Below are positions 8,907 to 17,569 of a DNA stretch of 57,300 nucleotides, one piece after another. This DNA comes from a virus (taxonomy: Duplodnaviria > Caudoviricetes): the IMG/VR virus record IMGVR_UViG_3300017766_003164, positions 1 through 57,300 of that record. One strand, 5' to 3'. How positions within the stretch are numbered: the first letter of the stretch is position 1; each line of letters starts with the position of its first letter. Made by a program: the position numbers and the translations under genes. Under the pieces are notes generated by a model, which made no database searches, was not told the DNA's origin, and worked only from the letters and a program-made list of their open reading frames with translations.

Positions 8907-9336
8907 TGAAATTCATGTAGGATATCCGGAATTTGAATACTTTAATCAGTTACCTAAGCAAGACCAACTTCAATATTTTTTTGATGTGTATGAAGCACAA
9001 CAATCAATTCAAAATAATGAAGGTTTAGTTCCGAACTTAAAATCATTTTTTGAATCAGTTCATTCTTCATTAGATAAAGAAGATACAGAATCAGATGCAG
9101 CTGCAATTGAGTCAGGAAATGTACAACGTGTTGATGTAACTATAGATGATGAAAACATAATGATTGAATCAAATAGTTTACGAGCAGTACGACACGTCAC
9201 AAATAAATTCATTGAATCTGGATATATTATTCAACGTGACCCGGCAACGGAAAAGATGTTTAAAAAAGATAAAGTTACACGTTATATCCGAGTATTCCGG
9301 ATTATTGATTTTATAACAGGTATATGTTTAAATTAA
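8890..9336 (+). CDS. Hypothetical protein
   Basis: 148-aa ORF with strong GGAGGT upstream. Confidence 0.75.
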   Translation: MKTIFDEIHVGYPEFEYFNQLPKQDQLQYFFDVYEAQQSIQNNEGLVPNLKSFFESVHSSLDKEDTESDAAAIESGNVQRVDVTIDDENIMIESNSLRAVRHVTNKFIESGYIIQRDPATEKMFKKDKVTRYIRVFRIIDFITGICLN

Positions 9337-9342
9337 TTGCAT

Positions 9343-9903
9343 ATGGCAAAAAAAGAACAAGTTCCAGAAAACATTCAAAAACAATTTAATAAAGTACAAT
9401 TTAAGCCAGGGGAGATAGTATTCTTTACCTGGCTTGGTACTAAAAAATACGGTTATGTTAAAGCAACTAAAGAAACTAATTGGGGTATTCAATATACGGT
9501 TGAAGCAAATGGTACTAGGTATCCGTGTGGCATTCAAATCAAGGGGCATAAAACAACGTATACAACGGGATGCATCTATGCCGATGAAACTAGAGCATAT
9601 GGAGCCGAAGAACTTGAGAGACGTTGCCAAACCGGACACAAAAGCACATATTCAGAAGTTATTAGAGAGTCCGGTAGGACAACGGATGAAAGCCGAAGCA
9701 GTAATAGAAATGTCGGAAGCGTATCTGACAATACTAGCAGAAAGACAAAGAAGTCCAAAGCTAACCGTGTCGGAAAGAATGGTATTCTCGATGGCAATGA
9801 TGGAGTGCAGTCAAACAATACAAAGAAACGAAAAAATTCTGAACTCGATTCAGCAATCCAACGTCAACGAGACTTTTTAAATGGATTTGTTAAACGAGAC
9901 TAA
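9343..9903 (+). CDS. Hypothetical protein (SH3-like N-terminus, low-complexity C-terminus)
   Basis: ORF 9337..9903 with ATG at 9343; FKPGEIVFFTW...YGYV...YTVE. Confidence 0.7.
   Translation: MAKKEQVPENIQKQFNKVQFKPGEIVFFTWLGTKKYGYVKATKETNWGIQYTVEANGTRYPCGIQIKGHKTTYTTGCIYADETRAYGAEELERRCQTGHKSTYSEVIRESGRTTDESRSSNRNVGSVSDNTSRKTKKSKANRVGKNGILDGNDGVQSNNTKKRKNSELDSAIQRQRDFLNGFVKRD
9578..9880 (+). CDS. Possible overlapping (nested, alternate-frame) 100-aa gene
   Basis: Part of ORF 9434..9880; ATG at 9578 preceded by GGGA; product looks amphipathic-helical; region is visibly more GC-rich. Confidence 0.4.
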   Translation: MPMKLEHMEPKNLRDVAKPDTKAHIQKLLESPVGQRMKAEAVIEMSEAYLTILAERQRSPKLTVSERMVFSMAMMECSQTIQRNEKILNSIQQSNVNETF

Positions 9904-10856
9904 TATTTAGATTGGGCAAATATTTGCTTAAGTTGATAAAATTTCCATTTCTTAGCCATATCAGTTGGATCAGCTGGAATACTCATTTTATTTTGTTTTA
10001 ATAATTGTTTGTATTGTTCTAAGGTTTTAACTTCAGTTTTAAATACAAATGCCCCGGGTTTGTCAAAGGATAACAAATTATCCAATTGTTTAATATCAAA
10101 ATTCAATAAACCAGTTTGTCTAGTTTTCCATTGTTTAACTGCTTCTTTACCATATATCTTTTCTAAAATACCAGCTTTGTCTGCAGTATTGATAACTTTG
10201 TTAAATGATTCTGCATTGTATACAGGAGGAAGTTTAACGGTTACGCCGGGAATTAAACCGGTTTTAATTTCTTTTCCTATTTTAGCTTGTATGCCCCCGG
10301 TACCATCTTTTTCCATTTGACGTAATACTGGTCCAGCTTCTTTTGCAGTTGCTACATCTAGATGAGCAATAAGCCAATCAGCTGACTTTTTACCTCGCTT
10401 AAATTGATTAAATATGCGATTAAAAACTCTTTCTCGTATTAATTTAAGAATCTGCGGATCATCAAGTACGTTAAATATTCTATTCCGATCTTCTTTTGAA
10501 AGCGTTCCTTTTTCATAGCGTCGTTGTACGCTTTGTTTAAATTTAGCTAAACCTTTTTCACTTGAAAGATCTTTATGAAATCTAACTATATCGCCTATAG
10601 ACATTCTAGCTAGTTGTGCTTCTGCATTTGCAACTCCACTTTTTGAAAATCTTCTATACACCCATCTCAGACTTGGTATTGCCAATGCAGCTATACTTAG
10701 AGCAATTATTACATATCGATAAGTTTGACTAACTGGCCCTGCAGAGTTATCATTTTTTGATTTATTAGGATCGACGTATACTAGTCCGGTTTGTTCTTGT
10801 AACAATGATTTTTTAATTATATGATCTAGTATAATAGCTGACTGTTTATTTTCCAT
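9900..10856 (-). CDS. Hypothetical protein with one transmembrane segment
   Basis: 318 aa; IIKKSLLQE leader-like motif; TM YVIIALSIAALAIPSL followed by basic residues. Confidence 0.8.
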   Translation of the reverse strand: MENKQSAIILDHIIKKSLLQEQTGLVYVDPNKSKNDNSAGPVSQTYRYVIIALSIAALAIPSLRWVYRRFSKSGVANAEAQLARMSIGDIVRFHKDLSSEKGLAKFKQSVQRRYEKGTLSKEDRNRIFNVLDDPQILKLIRERVFNRIFNQFKRGKKSADWLIAHLDVATAKEAGPVLRQMEKDGTGGIQAKIGKEIKTGLIPGVTVKLPPVYNAESFNKVINTADKAGILEKIYGKEAVKQWKTRQTGLLNFDIKQLDNLLSFDKPGAFVFKTEVKTLEQYKQLLKQNKMSIPADPTDMAKKWKFYQLKQIFAQSKY

Positions 10857-12018
10857 ATGATAATTTTTCCTTTGCTTTTTGATATCCTGAATCTGATGAC
10901 ATTCTATTAAGTTTAGAATCTACATAATCTTCTATATCCATTCCTAAATCTACATATATTTTGTCCCATACTTTATTAGATACATCTTGAGCCGTAAAAA
11001 ACGTTCCTAAATGCGCAGCTGTTTTAGTTCCTAGTACACTCATTTTCAATGTTCCATTTCCGATTTTTTTTAGAATGCCTTTTATGCCTTTTGATGATGC
11101 TCGAGCAGTTGCCATTGCAAGTTCATTTTTAGCTCGAGCTTTAAAATATGCATCTAAATTACGTTTAATTAAGTTGTTATTTTCAACTAATTCCTGTACA
11201 GCATATACTTCAATTTTAGTCAAAAGATTGTATTTAGATGTTGCTAATTTTTCTGCTAAAATTGCCATTCCTTCTGCCCCTAAACGTTTTATGAATGGTA
11301 TCTTTGTTATACCTTTTAATGCAGCCGGCAACAATGCAAATATAGTTGAATAACCTGCATTTAAACGATTTCCTTCGTTCCAATATGCAGCTGCATCAGC
11401 TAACATGATGCCAGATGATATTAGTAATCCGGCACCTGGTATGAATGATGTTAAGATTGATAATGTTAAAAAATATTGATGTTTGAATTCTGGATCCATT
11501 AATGAACGTTTCATCCATGTATCCCATGCAAGTTCTCCACCGGGAGTTGGTTGTTGTGCTTGATCTACATCACGTTTATACCATTTGTCTACCCATATTA
11601 ATTTATCAAAAAGTGGTTTAAGACTGGTATTAGATACTCCTATATTGTTTAAATGAGTTATAACAGTTTTGATATATTTTAAAGAAATAGGTCCATATTT
11701 TAAATTCGTACCAACTTCAATATATGATGCAATATATTGAATAATATTCTTTCCGGAAATTTTATTGAATATTTTTTGTATAATATCAAACTGTTTTTTG
11801 GTTTTAATTGAACGAAGTGCTTTAATAACTTTAACTTCATCATCCCATAACCAACCTTTTGCATTATATATAGTTTTTGCAATTTTATATTCTGATGGAT
11901 ACTTTTCTTTGTATGCATCTAATGAATATTGATTAAAAGACTTCGTTGCAAAAAGTTTCGCATCTCGTTTACTAGGATCTGTGATTTGTTCTGCAAGTAA
12001 CGTTTTTAGTTTTATCAT
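10846..12018 (-). CDS. Annexin-like repeat plus pre-toxin-like hydrophobic hairpin protein
   Basis: Start MIKLKTLLAE at 12018, downstream of the minus-strand box at 12029-12036; IAKTIYNAKGWLWDDEVKVIKAL...GKNI is annexin-like; SFIPGAG...ADAAAYWNEGNRLNAG...ALLP. Confidence 0.7.
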   Translation of the reverse strand: MIKLKTLLAEQITDPSKRDAKLFATKSFNQYSLDAYKEKYPSEYKIAKTIYNAKGWLWDDEVKVIKALRSIKTKKQFDIIQKIFNKISGKNIIQYIASYIEVGTNLKYGPISLKYIKTVITHLNNIGVSNTSLKPLFDKLIWVDKWYKRDVDQAQQPTPGGELAWDTWMKRSLMDPEFKHQYFLTLSILTSFIPGAGLLISSGIMLADAAAYWNEGNRLNAGYSTIFALLPAALKGITKIPFIKRLGAEGMAILAEKLATSKYNLLTKIEVYAVQELVENNNLIKRNLDAYFKARAKNELAMATARASSKGIKGILKKIGNGTLKMSVLGTKTAAHLGTFFTAQDVSNKVWDKIYVDLGMDIEDYVDSKLNRMSSDSGYQKAKEKLSYGK

Positions 12019-12069
12019 TTCCATATTAATAAATATGGTCATATACGTAAACTTTATTTTTAAATTTGG

Positions 12070-12128
12070 TTGGATATTGTTGCTGTATTTTATATATTAT
12101 ATAGTATAATTAACCAGTTAAACATTTA
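12070..12128 (+). promoter_or_regulatory. Early-type promoter plus conserved 21-bp leader, copy 1
   Basis: TTGGA-N18-TATATT, then ATAGTATAATTAACCAGTTAA (12101-12121) and CATTTA. Confidence 0.75.
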
Positions 12129-12139
12129 AAAATAAAGTT

Positions 12140-12676
12140 ATGAAAAAATCCTTTATCATCTTTGCATTAAGTTTTGTAAGTAATGCCTTTACTCAAACTT
12201 ATGATTATGATCCGTTTGCTGATGTATCAAATAAAAGTATTAAATTTATTGAATCATTAGATTCGGTAGATTATGCTAAAATAAGCAATGACATTCTAAT
12301 TAAATTAAATGCTCATAGAAAAGCTAATGGTTTAAAGCCTGTTACTTCTAATAAAGATATGGTTAGTTATGCTAATTTGCATACTAAGCAAATGATTAAT
12401 GATTCTGTATATAATCACTCAAATCTAAATAACGGGGCGTACAAAGCCGAAAATATCATGTTAACTCATTTGTTTGGTGCATTTCTATCAGTAGATGATG
12501 AATACATGAAAAGTATCGATGATATTATGATGAATTCATGGAAACGATCTAAAGGTCACAATGTTAATATGTTGTTGCCAGATGTTACGCAAGTAGGTAT
12601 TGCAGTATACTCCAAAGCAACCGTAAAGAATGGCGTATATAGTTATATTATAGAAGCAACCATGGTATTGAAATAA
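12140..12676 (+). CDS. Exported CAP/SCP domain protein
   Basis: Signal peptide MKKSFIIFALSFVSNAFTQ; LNAHRKANGLKPV...HS...AENI...WKRSKGHNVNML...VGIAV. Confidence 0.85.
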   Translation: MKKSFIIFALSFVSNAFTQTYDYDPFADVSNKSIKFIESLDSVDYAKISNDILIKLNAHRKANGLKPVTSNKDMVSYANLHTKQMINDSVYNHSNLNNGAYKAENIMLTHLFGAFLSVDDEYMKSIDDIMMNSWKRSKGHNVNMLLPDVTQVGIAVYSKATVKNGVYSYIIEATMVLK

Positions 12677-12694
12677 TCAGAATATATAAACAGT

Positions 12695-12720
12695 AAAAAA
12701 GCCCCCGTTAAGGGGCTTTT
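12695..12720. terminator. Bidirectional intrinsic terminator
   Basis: AAAAAAGCCCC-CGTTAA-GGGGCTTTT between convergent genes. Confidence 0.85.
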
Positions 12721-12731
12721 CTTACATTATA

Positions 12732-14573
12732 TTAAAATGTACATTTCATAGTACGACCATTAAATACTGGCATTGTTTGCGTTGGCATATTTTTAAATAC
12801 TTTTGGTAGTTTTACATTAGGAAGTTTTATTTTTGGCCAACTCCAAAAACTCCATTGAATTCCTCCTTCAAACCCGCCGGCTAATGAAACTACATATTCT
12901 CCTTCGACAGCTTGATCTTTAAGACTCTTCGGCATAACAAGTTGAACAGCAATACCAATTTTAGATACTCTAAATAGACTATAAGTTGCTTCATATTCTG
13001 ATTTCTTTTGTTCAGAATTAGCTCTATCTGCATAAAAAGCCTTAGGTGTTAATTTAGGATTTTTTTCATATGCTGCTTGAAATAAAGGGCCATAATTAGC
13101 AATAGTAAATGTAGTTCCCAAATTTGAGCCGCCTACACTTTCCCATTCAGGTCCAACATTTGCATTTAATTGTGCCGGATTTTTTATTATCTGCGTACTA
13201 TTTTCTGAAATTATTTTTCCTAGATCTTCATTAATTACTCGTTCAGTAAAAGAAGCCATCGATTTACATCGTGCTGCAGCTAATGTTACGTTATTTTTTT
13301 TGTTATATACTTTATTGGTTTTAAATGCAGGACCGGTACCGAAAGATGAATTAACAGTACTGGTTGCTGCATATGTAAAAATATTCATTGATTGTACGTC
13401 AATTGTTTCATTTGGATATTGATTTTGTAATTCAATGATAAATGTTTTAATTTTATCAACCATTTGTACAATGGCTTCTCGCGAATCAACTGTTAATGAT
13501 GTACCATCATCTCCAAAAAAGTTTTTTTGCATTTCTAAATGATCTGCATCTGATACTTCATTTGGTGGATATGAAAATTTGATAATTTCAGGTGTTGATG
13601 TTATAACTTCTTTATTACTTACTCCCTTTGCAGCACCTTTTACAGATATATCACCTTCTTTACTAAAGTATATAACATCTGCTTTTTTTACAATTGTATC
13701 AATATCTAATTTAATAATTTTACCTGCTCTGATACCATCTTGAAACGCTGGTGATTTAAGTTTTGCAAAACACTGAGTTTGAATATCTGATAGCATCTTT
13801 GCACGTGCATTGTTATCAGCTAGTATATTTTGCGTTGTAGCCTCCGGAGAAACTTGAGAACCTTTTTGATTGATTTGTAATGCATTGATCATGTTTTTAG
13901 CAGATGCCTTTGCTAAATTAACATCTTTAAGTGTATAACCACCATTTGGCAGAAATGTATAAGTTTTAGGATCGGTAGATGGTTGTCCTTTTGTTTTTAT
14001 AAAGTTAGTTAAACTAGAATTTTGTCTCGTTATATAATCTGGCATAATAAATACACCAGCATCTGCCGTTTTTCTTAAAGCTACCGGAATTACATTCAAT
14101 GCTGCTTTAAATTGTCCATCTAAATCACTGCTTCCTTTAAGTTGATTGATAACTTCTTGTTGATATCGATCAGCTAAGTCACGTAATTCTTGTTGCGTTT
14201 GTTTAGTCTGTCGACCATCTGATGTTCCGGCTTGTTTTGATTTTTCACCAATATCACCTAATCCATAATATGGATCATTACCACACCATATTAGTAAAGA
14301 TTCTCTAGTATCAGGACCATCATGTTTTCTAAACCATTCCATTACTGGCCCATATATTGCATATTTAGAATAATCTTCTGCAGCGTCGCGTGTTTTGACA
14401 TAGTTAATTATACTATTAATATTAGCATTCTCCCAAGCAATCGTGCCACCCTTTGACCAATCGGCTTTTGAAAGATCTGGTTCTACTTGTTCAATTAATC
14501 TAATAGCCGATTCGTCTAGATTCTTAGTACCGAATCTCAACATGTTTCGTTTAATAATTTCGTGTAAATTCAT
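12732..14573 (-). CDS. Large protein with NMLRFGTKNL leader and a possible OmpA-like peptidoglycan-binding domain
   Basis: 613 aa; NFFGDDGTSLT...IFTYAATS...NNVTLAAARCKSM resembles the OmpA_C N-x-x-L-S-x-x-R-A motif; minus-strand box at 14592-14599. Confidence 0.7.
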   Translation of the reverse strand: MNLHEIIKRNMLRFGTKNLDESAIRLIEQVEPDLSKADWSKGGTIAWENANINSIINYVKTRDAAEDYSKYAIYGPVMEWFRKHDGPDTRESLLIWCGNDPYYGLGDIGEKSKQAGTSDGRQTKQTQQELRDLADRYQQEVINQLKGSSDLDGQFKAALNVIPVALRKTADAGVFIMPDYITRQNSSLTNFIKTKGQPSTDPKTYTFLPNGGYTLKDVNLAKASAKNMINALQINQKGSQVSPEATTQNILADNNARAKMLSDIQTQCFAKLKSPAFQDGIRAGKIIKLDIDTIVKKADVIYFSKEGDISVKGAAKGVSNKEVITSTPEIIKFSYPPNEVSDADHLEMQKNFFGDDGTSLTVDSREAIVQMVDKIKTFIIELQNQYPNETIDVQSMNIFTYAATSTVNSSFGTGPAFKTNKVYNKKNNVTLAAARCKSMASFTERVINEDLGKIISENSTQIIKNPAQLNANVGPEWESVGGSNLGTTFTIANYGPLFQAAYEKNPKLTPKAFYADRANSEQKKSEYEATYSLFRVSKIGIAVQLVMPKSLKDQAVEGEYVVSLAGGFEGGIQWSFWSWPKIKLPNVKLPKVFKNMPTQTMPVFNGRTMKCTF

Positions 14574-14623
14574 ATTGATATCTTTTTTTAAATAAATATC
14601 GTTGTAAAAAAAATAGCATATAG

Positions 14624-14681
14624 TTTGAATTAACTAGTTTATTTCTTATATTAATAGTATAATTAACCAGTTAAACATTTA
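14624..14681 (+). promoter_or_regulatory. Early-type promoter plus conserved 21-bp leader, copy 2
   Basis: TTTGA-N18-TATATT, then ATAGTATAATTAACCAGTTAA (14654-14674) and CATTTA. Confidence 0.75.
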
Positions 14682-14685
14682 CATT

Positions 14686-15108
14686 ATGAAAAAGTTAATC
14701 ATATCTTACATTGTATTTCTTTTTGCATTCAATGCATTTTCTCAAAAGATTACATTTCAATTAAAAGAAAAACGTATTCATTATACAGATATATCTGGTA
14801 ATGATGCAAAGCTTACTAACATCACCGAGCCTACTTCTAGTACATTAACATTTAATATTAAAGACAGTACAATGACTTTACAAAAAAATGGCGAAACTAG
14901 CGTAACAAAACTTTCTAAAATTTCAAAGAAAGGACATCAATACTTTTTTGAATCCGTAGGCAACTATGCTATTGATCAATCAAAATCAGTAATTACATAT
15001 TACATGATTGATTGCAAAAAACAAGTAGGAACTGAAAAGTATGCTAGTTTTTGTATGCCTAACCTAATTCATGTAACTGATTTTAAAGGTTGTGTTTTAA
15101 CTCGTTAA
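14686..15108 (+). CDS. Exported beta-rich hypothetical protein
   Basis: Signal peptide MKKLIISYIVFLFAFNAFSQ. Confidence 0.8.
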   Translation: MKKLIISYIVFLFAFNAFSQKITFQLKEKRIHYTDISGNDAKLTNITEPTSSTLTFNIKDSTMTLQKNGETSVTKLSKISKKGHQYFFESVGNYAIDQSKSVITYYMIDCKKQVGTEKYASFCMPNLIHVTDFKGCVLTR

Positions 15109-15920
15109 AGTTGTTTAACTAATGCATCCATTTTCGGAACAATCGTATCCATTATGTGTTGCATCAATAATTGTTCGTTTTGTTCAGACATAACAGCTCT
15201 ACTTTGTCTTCCTGTTGATTTTACAAAATTTTGTATTGCTGTTTGTAATGATTTATCTGAAGTTCCGCCTTGGGGTGACTTGATGGCTGCCGGAGCAGTC
15301 ATGTAGATTATATAATCACTATATGGTATGCGATAATAAGCAGCAGGAGATACTTTATATGTTTGTCCATCGCTACCTTTAAATGAAAACAGACTCGTAA
15401 CAGCGAATGAGCTCATTACTCCATTATCTGCTAATTTTGAAGTCCACGTTGCAAATCTAGATTTCATTGATTCAGCATATGTATTATTAGTTGCTTTTCG
15501 CATTTGTTTCCATGGACTATTTGCTGGCTGAGCATCTAATGTTTCAGTTAACGCAGTTAACATAGATTTATCAAGTCCATATTGGCCATTAGCAACACTA
15601 CTACGATCAGCAATCAGTTGTCCTTGTGTATTAAAAAGTTTTCCGGCGGCTGGGCCTAATTTTGGAATAAAATTTAAAACTTTTCGATCTGCACTAGTTT
15701 GAGCTGCTGGATTGATTGTCCATTGACAAACTAATTTTCCATTCATATTCATCATCAAAGTTGTACCATTGATAACAAATGACATTGTAGCTATCACGTC
15801 GCCAACTCTAGATTTATATGAGCCTGCAGCAGATACTGCTTCTGTTAAACGTTTAATAGTTGATTTAGATAAATTCTTTACTCCAAATCTAAGCAAATTT
15901 TCAGCTAGAATATTTTTCAT
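15105..15920 (-). CDS. Hypothetical protein with MKNILAENLLRFGVKNLS leader
   Basis: 271 aa; minus-strand box at 15950-15957; AAGGA upstream. Confidence 0.8.
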   Translation of the reverse strand: MKNILAENLLRFGVKNLSKSTIKRLTEAVSAAGSYKSRVGDVIATMSFVINGTTLMMNMNGKLVCQWTINPAAQTSADRKVLNFIPKLGPAAGKLFNTQGQLIADRSSVANGQYGLDKSMLTALTETLDAQPANSPWKQMRKATNNTYAESMKSRFATWTSKLADNGVMSSFAVTSLFSFKGSDGQTYKVSPAAYYRIPYSDYIIYMTAPAAIKSPQGGTSDKSLQTAIQNFVKSTGRQSRAVMSEQNEQLLMQHIMDTIVPKMDALVKQL

Positions 15921-15980
15921 ATGATCCTTAAAGGTTTCGTTTCTTTAATATAAATATATCAGTAAAAAAATACTATTTAT

Positions 15981-16037
15981 TTTGATTTCTAAAAACGTTT
16001 TCTTATATTATAGTATAATTAACCAGTTAATCATTTA
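15981..16037 (+). promoter_or_regulatory. Early-type promoter plus conserved 21-bp leader, copy 3
   Basis: TTTGA-N18-TATATT, then ATAGTATAATTAACCAGTTAA (16010-16030) and CATTTA. Confidence 0.75.
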
Positions 16038-16049
16038 AAAAATAAGAGT

Positions 16050-16667
16050 ATGAAAAAGTTAATCATCTTTGCTTCTATTATTATTTCTAATGCGACTTTC
16101 TCGCAAATATTAAATGACACTATTAATTATTATAATGAAATTACAAAATCAACAGAATTTACAAATATAGCAAATAAATCACAACGATGGAAATCAGATG
16201 TTAAAATCTATATTGATGGTATATATGATTCTGTAGCTAAAACTGAAGTTTATAATGTTATTAATGAATTAAATGAATTGATAAACACCATTAACATAAG
16301 TGTAGTGAATAGTAAAACCGAAGCAAATTTAATTGCATTTTTTGGTTTTTGTAGTGATTACGATAAATTTGAATCCAAAGCAGCACCTTATTCCGGGAAT
16401 AACTATGGTTTATTTGTTGTATATTCAAAAAATAACATAATAACTAAAGGTAGTTTTTATGTAGATGTTGTTAGATGCGGGTGGTTAGATACCACCTTGA
16501 TTGATAAAACAAAAAAACATTTAGTTAGAGAAGAGCTAACACAATCTTTAGGTCTTTACAACGATTCTATGAAATATCCTAATAGTATTTTTTATCAAGG
16601 ATTCACATTTACAAATGAATATTCTGATTTAGATAAAAAAATCATCAGAATTCACTATAATGATTAA
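16050..16667 (+). CDS. Exported DUF2927-like (zincin-like fold) protein
   Basis: Signal peptide MKKLIIFASIIISNATFSQ; HLVREELTQSLGLYNDS...SIFYQ...SDLDKKIIRIHY. Confidence 0.75.
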   Translation: MKKLIIFASIIISNATFSQILNDTINYYNEITKSTEFTNIANKSQRWKSDVKIYIDGIYDSVAKTEVYNVINELNELINTINISVVNSKTEANLIAFFGFCSDYDKFESKAAPYSGNNYGLFVVYSKNNIITKGSFYVDVVRCGWLDTTLIDKTKKHLVREELTQSLGLYNDSMKYPNSIFYQGFTFTNEYSDLDKKIIRIHYND

Positions 16668-16670
16668 TGA

Positions 16671-17462
16671 TTATACTTTTTTAACACCTAACATTTGACC
16701 CAATTTAGGATATCCTAGATACATTAAATAATCAGCATAACCTTTGAATTCAGGACAATATCCATCATATGTTCTTATTTTAATAAAATCTTTTCCAGGA
16801 CTTAACTTTTGGGGTGTTAGTGTTTTTGGTATGGCTTCGCTCGATTCAACTCTAGGATAATAGTAATCAATCCCTGAACCGCCGGTCTTTGATTGTATTG
16901 GTATTATCAAATCAGCTTTACTTGGTTTTATTGAAAATTGTTTTGCCTCCCCATCTTCAAGAAATGGTTTATTAATATCTCCAGAATAATTCGTTGTTAT
17001 TTCTCTATTAAATAAATATAAAAACTGTCCGTTGCCATTAGTTGGGTCTCCCCAATAACCACCGGCATACCAAGCTCTTGGTACAAAACTACCAACTATA
17101 ACACCATCAACACTATTGTTAGGTAAAGAAAATCTTTCCATTTTTTCATATGTAAATGCTGTTTTTTGAGTAATTAAAATTGTCTTACCATTAATACCAC
17201 TTAGCCCCGATCCCTCACCGCCAAGATAATTTACCATTGTTGGACTAAAAGGTTTAGCTTCAAATCCATAATTACCAGTTTTTGGATAAAATACTATGAA
17301 TTTATTATAATCAGGTATTGACATAACTCCCGGAGCTGCACCTCCACCGATTTGTGGCGGCGTTTCGGTTTGTTCAATCAATCTAGATTTATCAGCCTCA
17401 GATAAATTCTTTACTCCAAATCTAAGCAAGTTTTCAGCTAAAATGTTTTTCATTTTGATCAT
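16671..17462 (-). CDS. Hypothetical protein with MKNILAENLLRFGVKNLS leader
   Basis: 263 aa; leader DNA nearly identical to that of 15105..15920; minus-strand box at 17495-17502. Confidence 0.8.
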   Translation of the reverse strand: MIKMKNILAENLLRFGVKNLSEADKSRLIEQTETPPQIGGGAAPGVMSIPDYNKFIVFYPKTGNYGFEAKPFSPTMVNYLGGEGSGLSGINGKTILITQKTAFTYEKMERFSLPNNSVDGVIVGSFVPRAWYAGGYWGDPTNGNGQFLYLFNREITTNYSGDINKPFLEDGEAKQFSIKPSKADLIIPIQSKTGGSGIDYYYPRVESSEAIPKTLTPQKLSPGKDFIKIRTYDGYCPEFKGYADYLMYLGYPKLGQMLGVKKV

Positions 17463-17526
17463 TATTATTTCCTTTAAGGTTTCTTTTCTTTCATATAAAT
17501 ATCATTGAAATAAAAAAACTAGTAAT

Positions 17527-17555
17527 TTTGAAATACGAAATATTTTTCTTATATT
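17527..17555 (+). promoter_or_regulatory. Putative early (host-sigma) promoter
   Basis: TTTGA-N18-TATATT upstream of uvsE. Confidence 0.65.
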
Positions 17556-17569
17556 ATAAAAAAAATCCT

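Noticed and set aside
12101-16030. 21-bp repeats as CRISPR repeats or integron attC sites
   Set aside because: Copies are kilobases apart in 5' UTRs, lack attC core and hairpin structure, and no integrase is visible.
17528-17569. Extended starts in the ORF track (17528; also 12042, 35982, 1456, 315)
   Set aside because: The extensions run through promoter motifs or upstream genes; downstream ATGs give the conserved N-termini.
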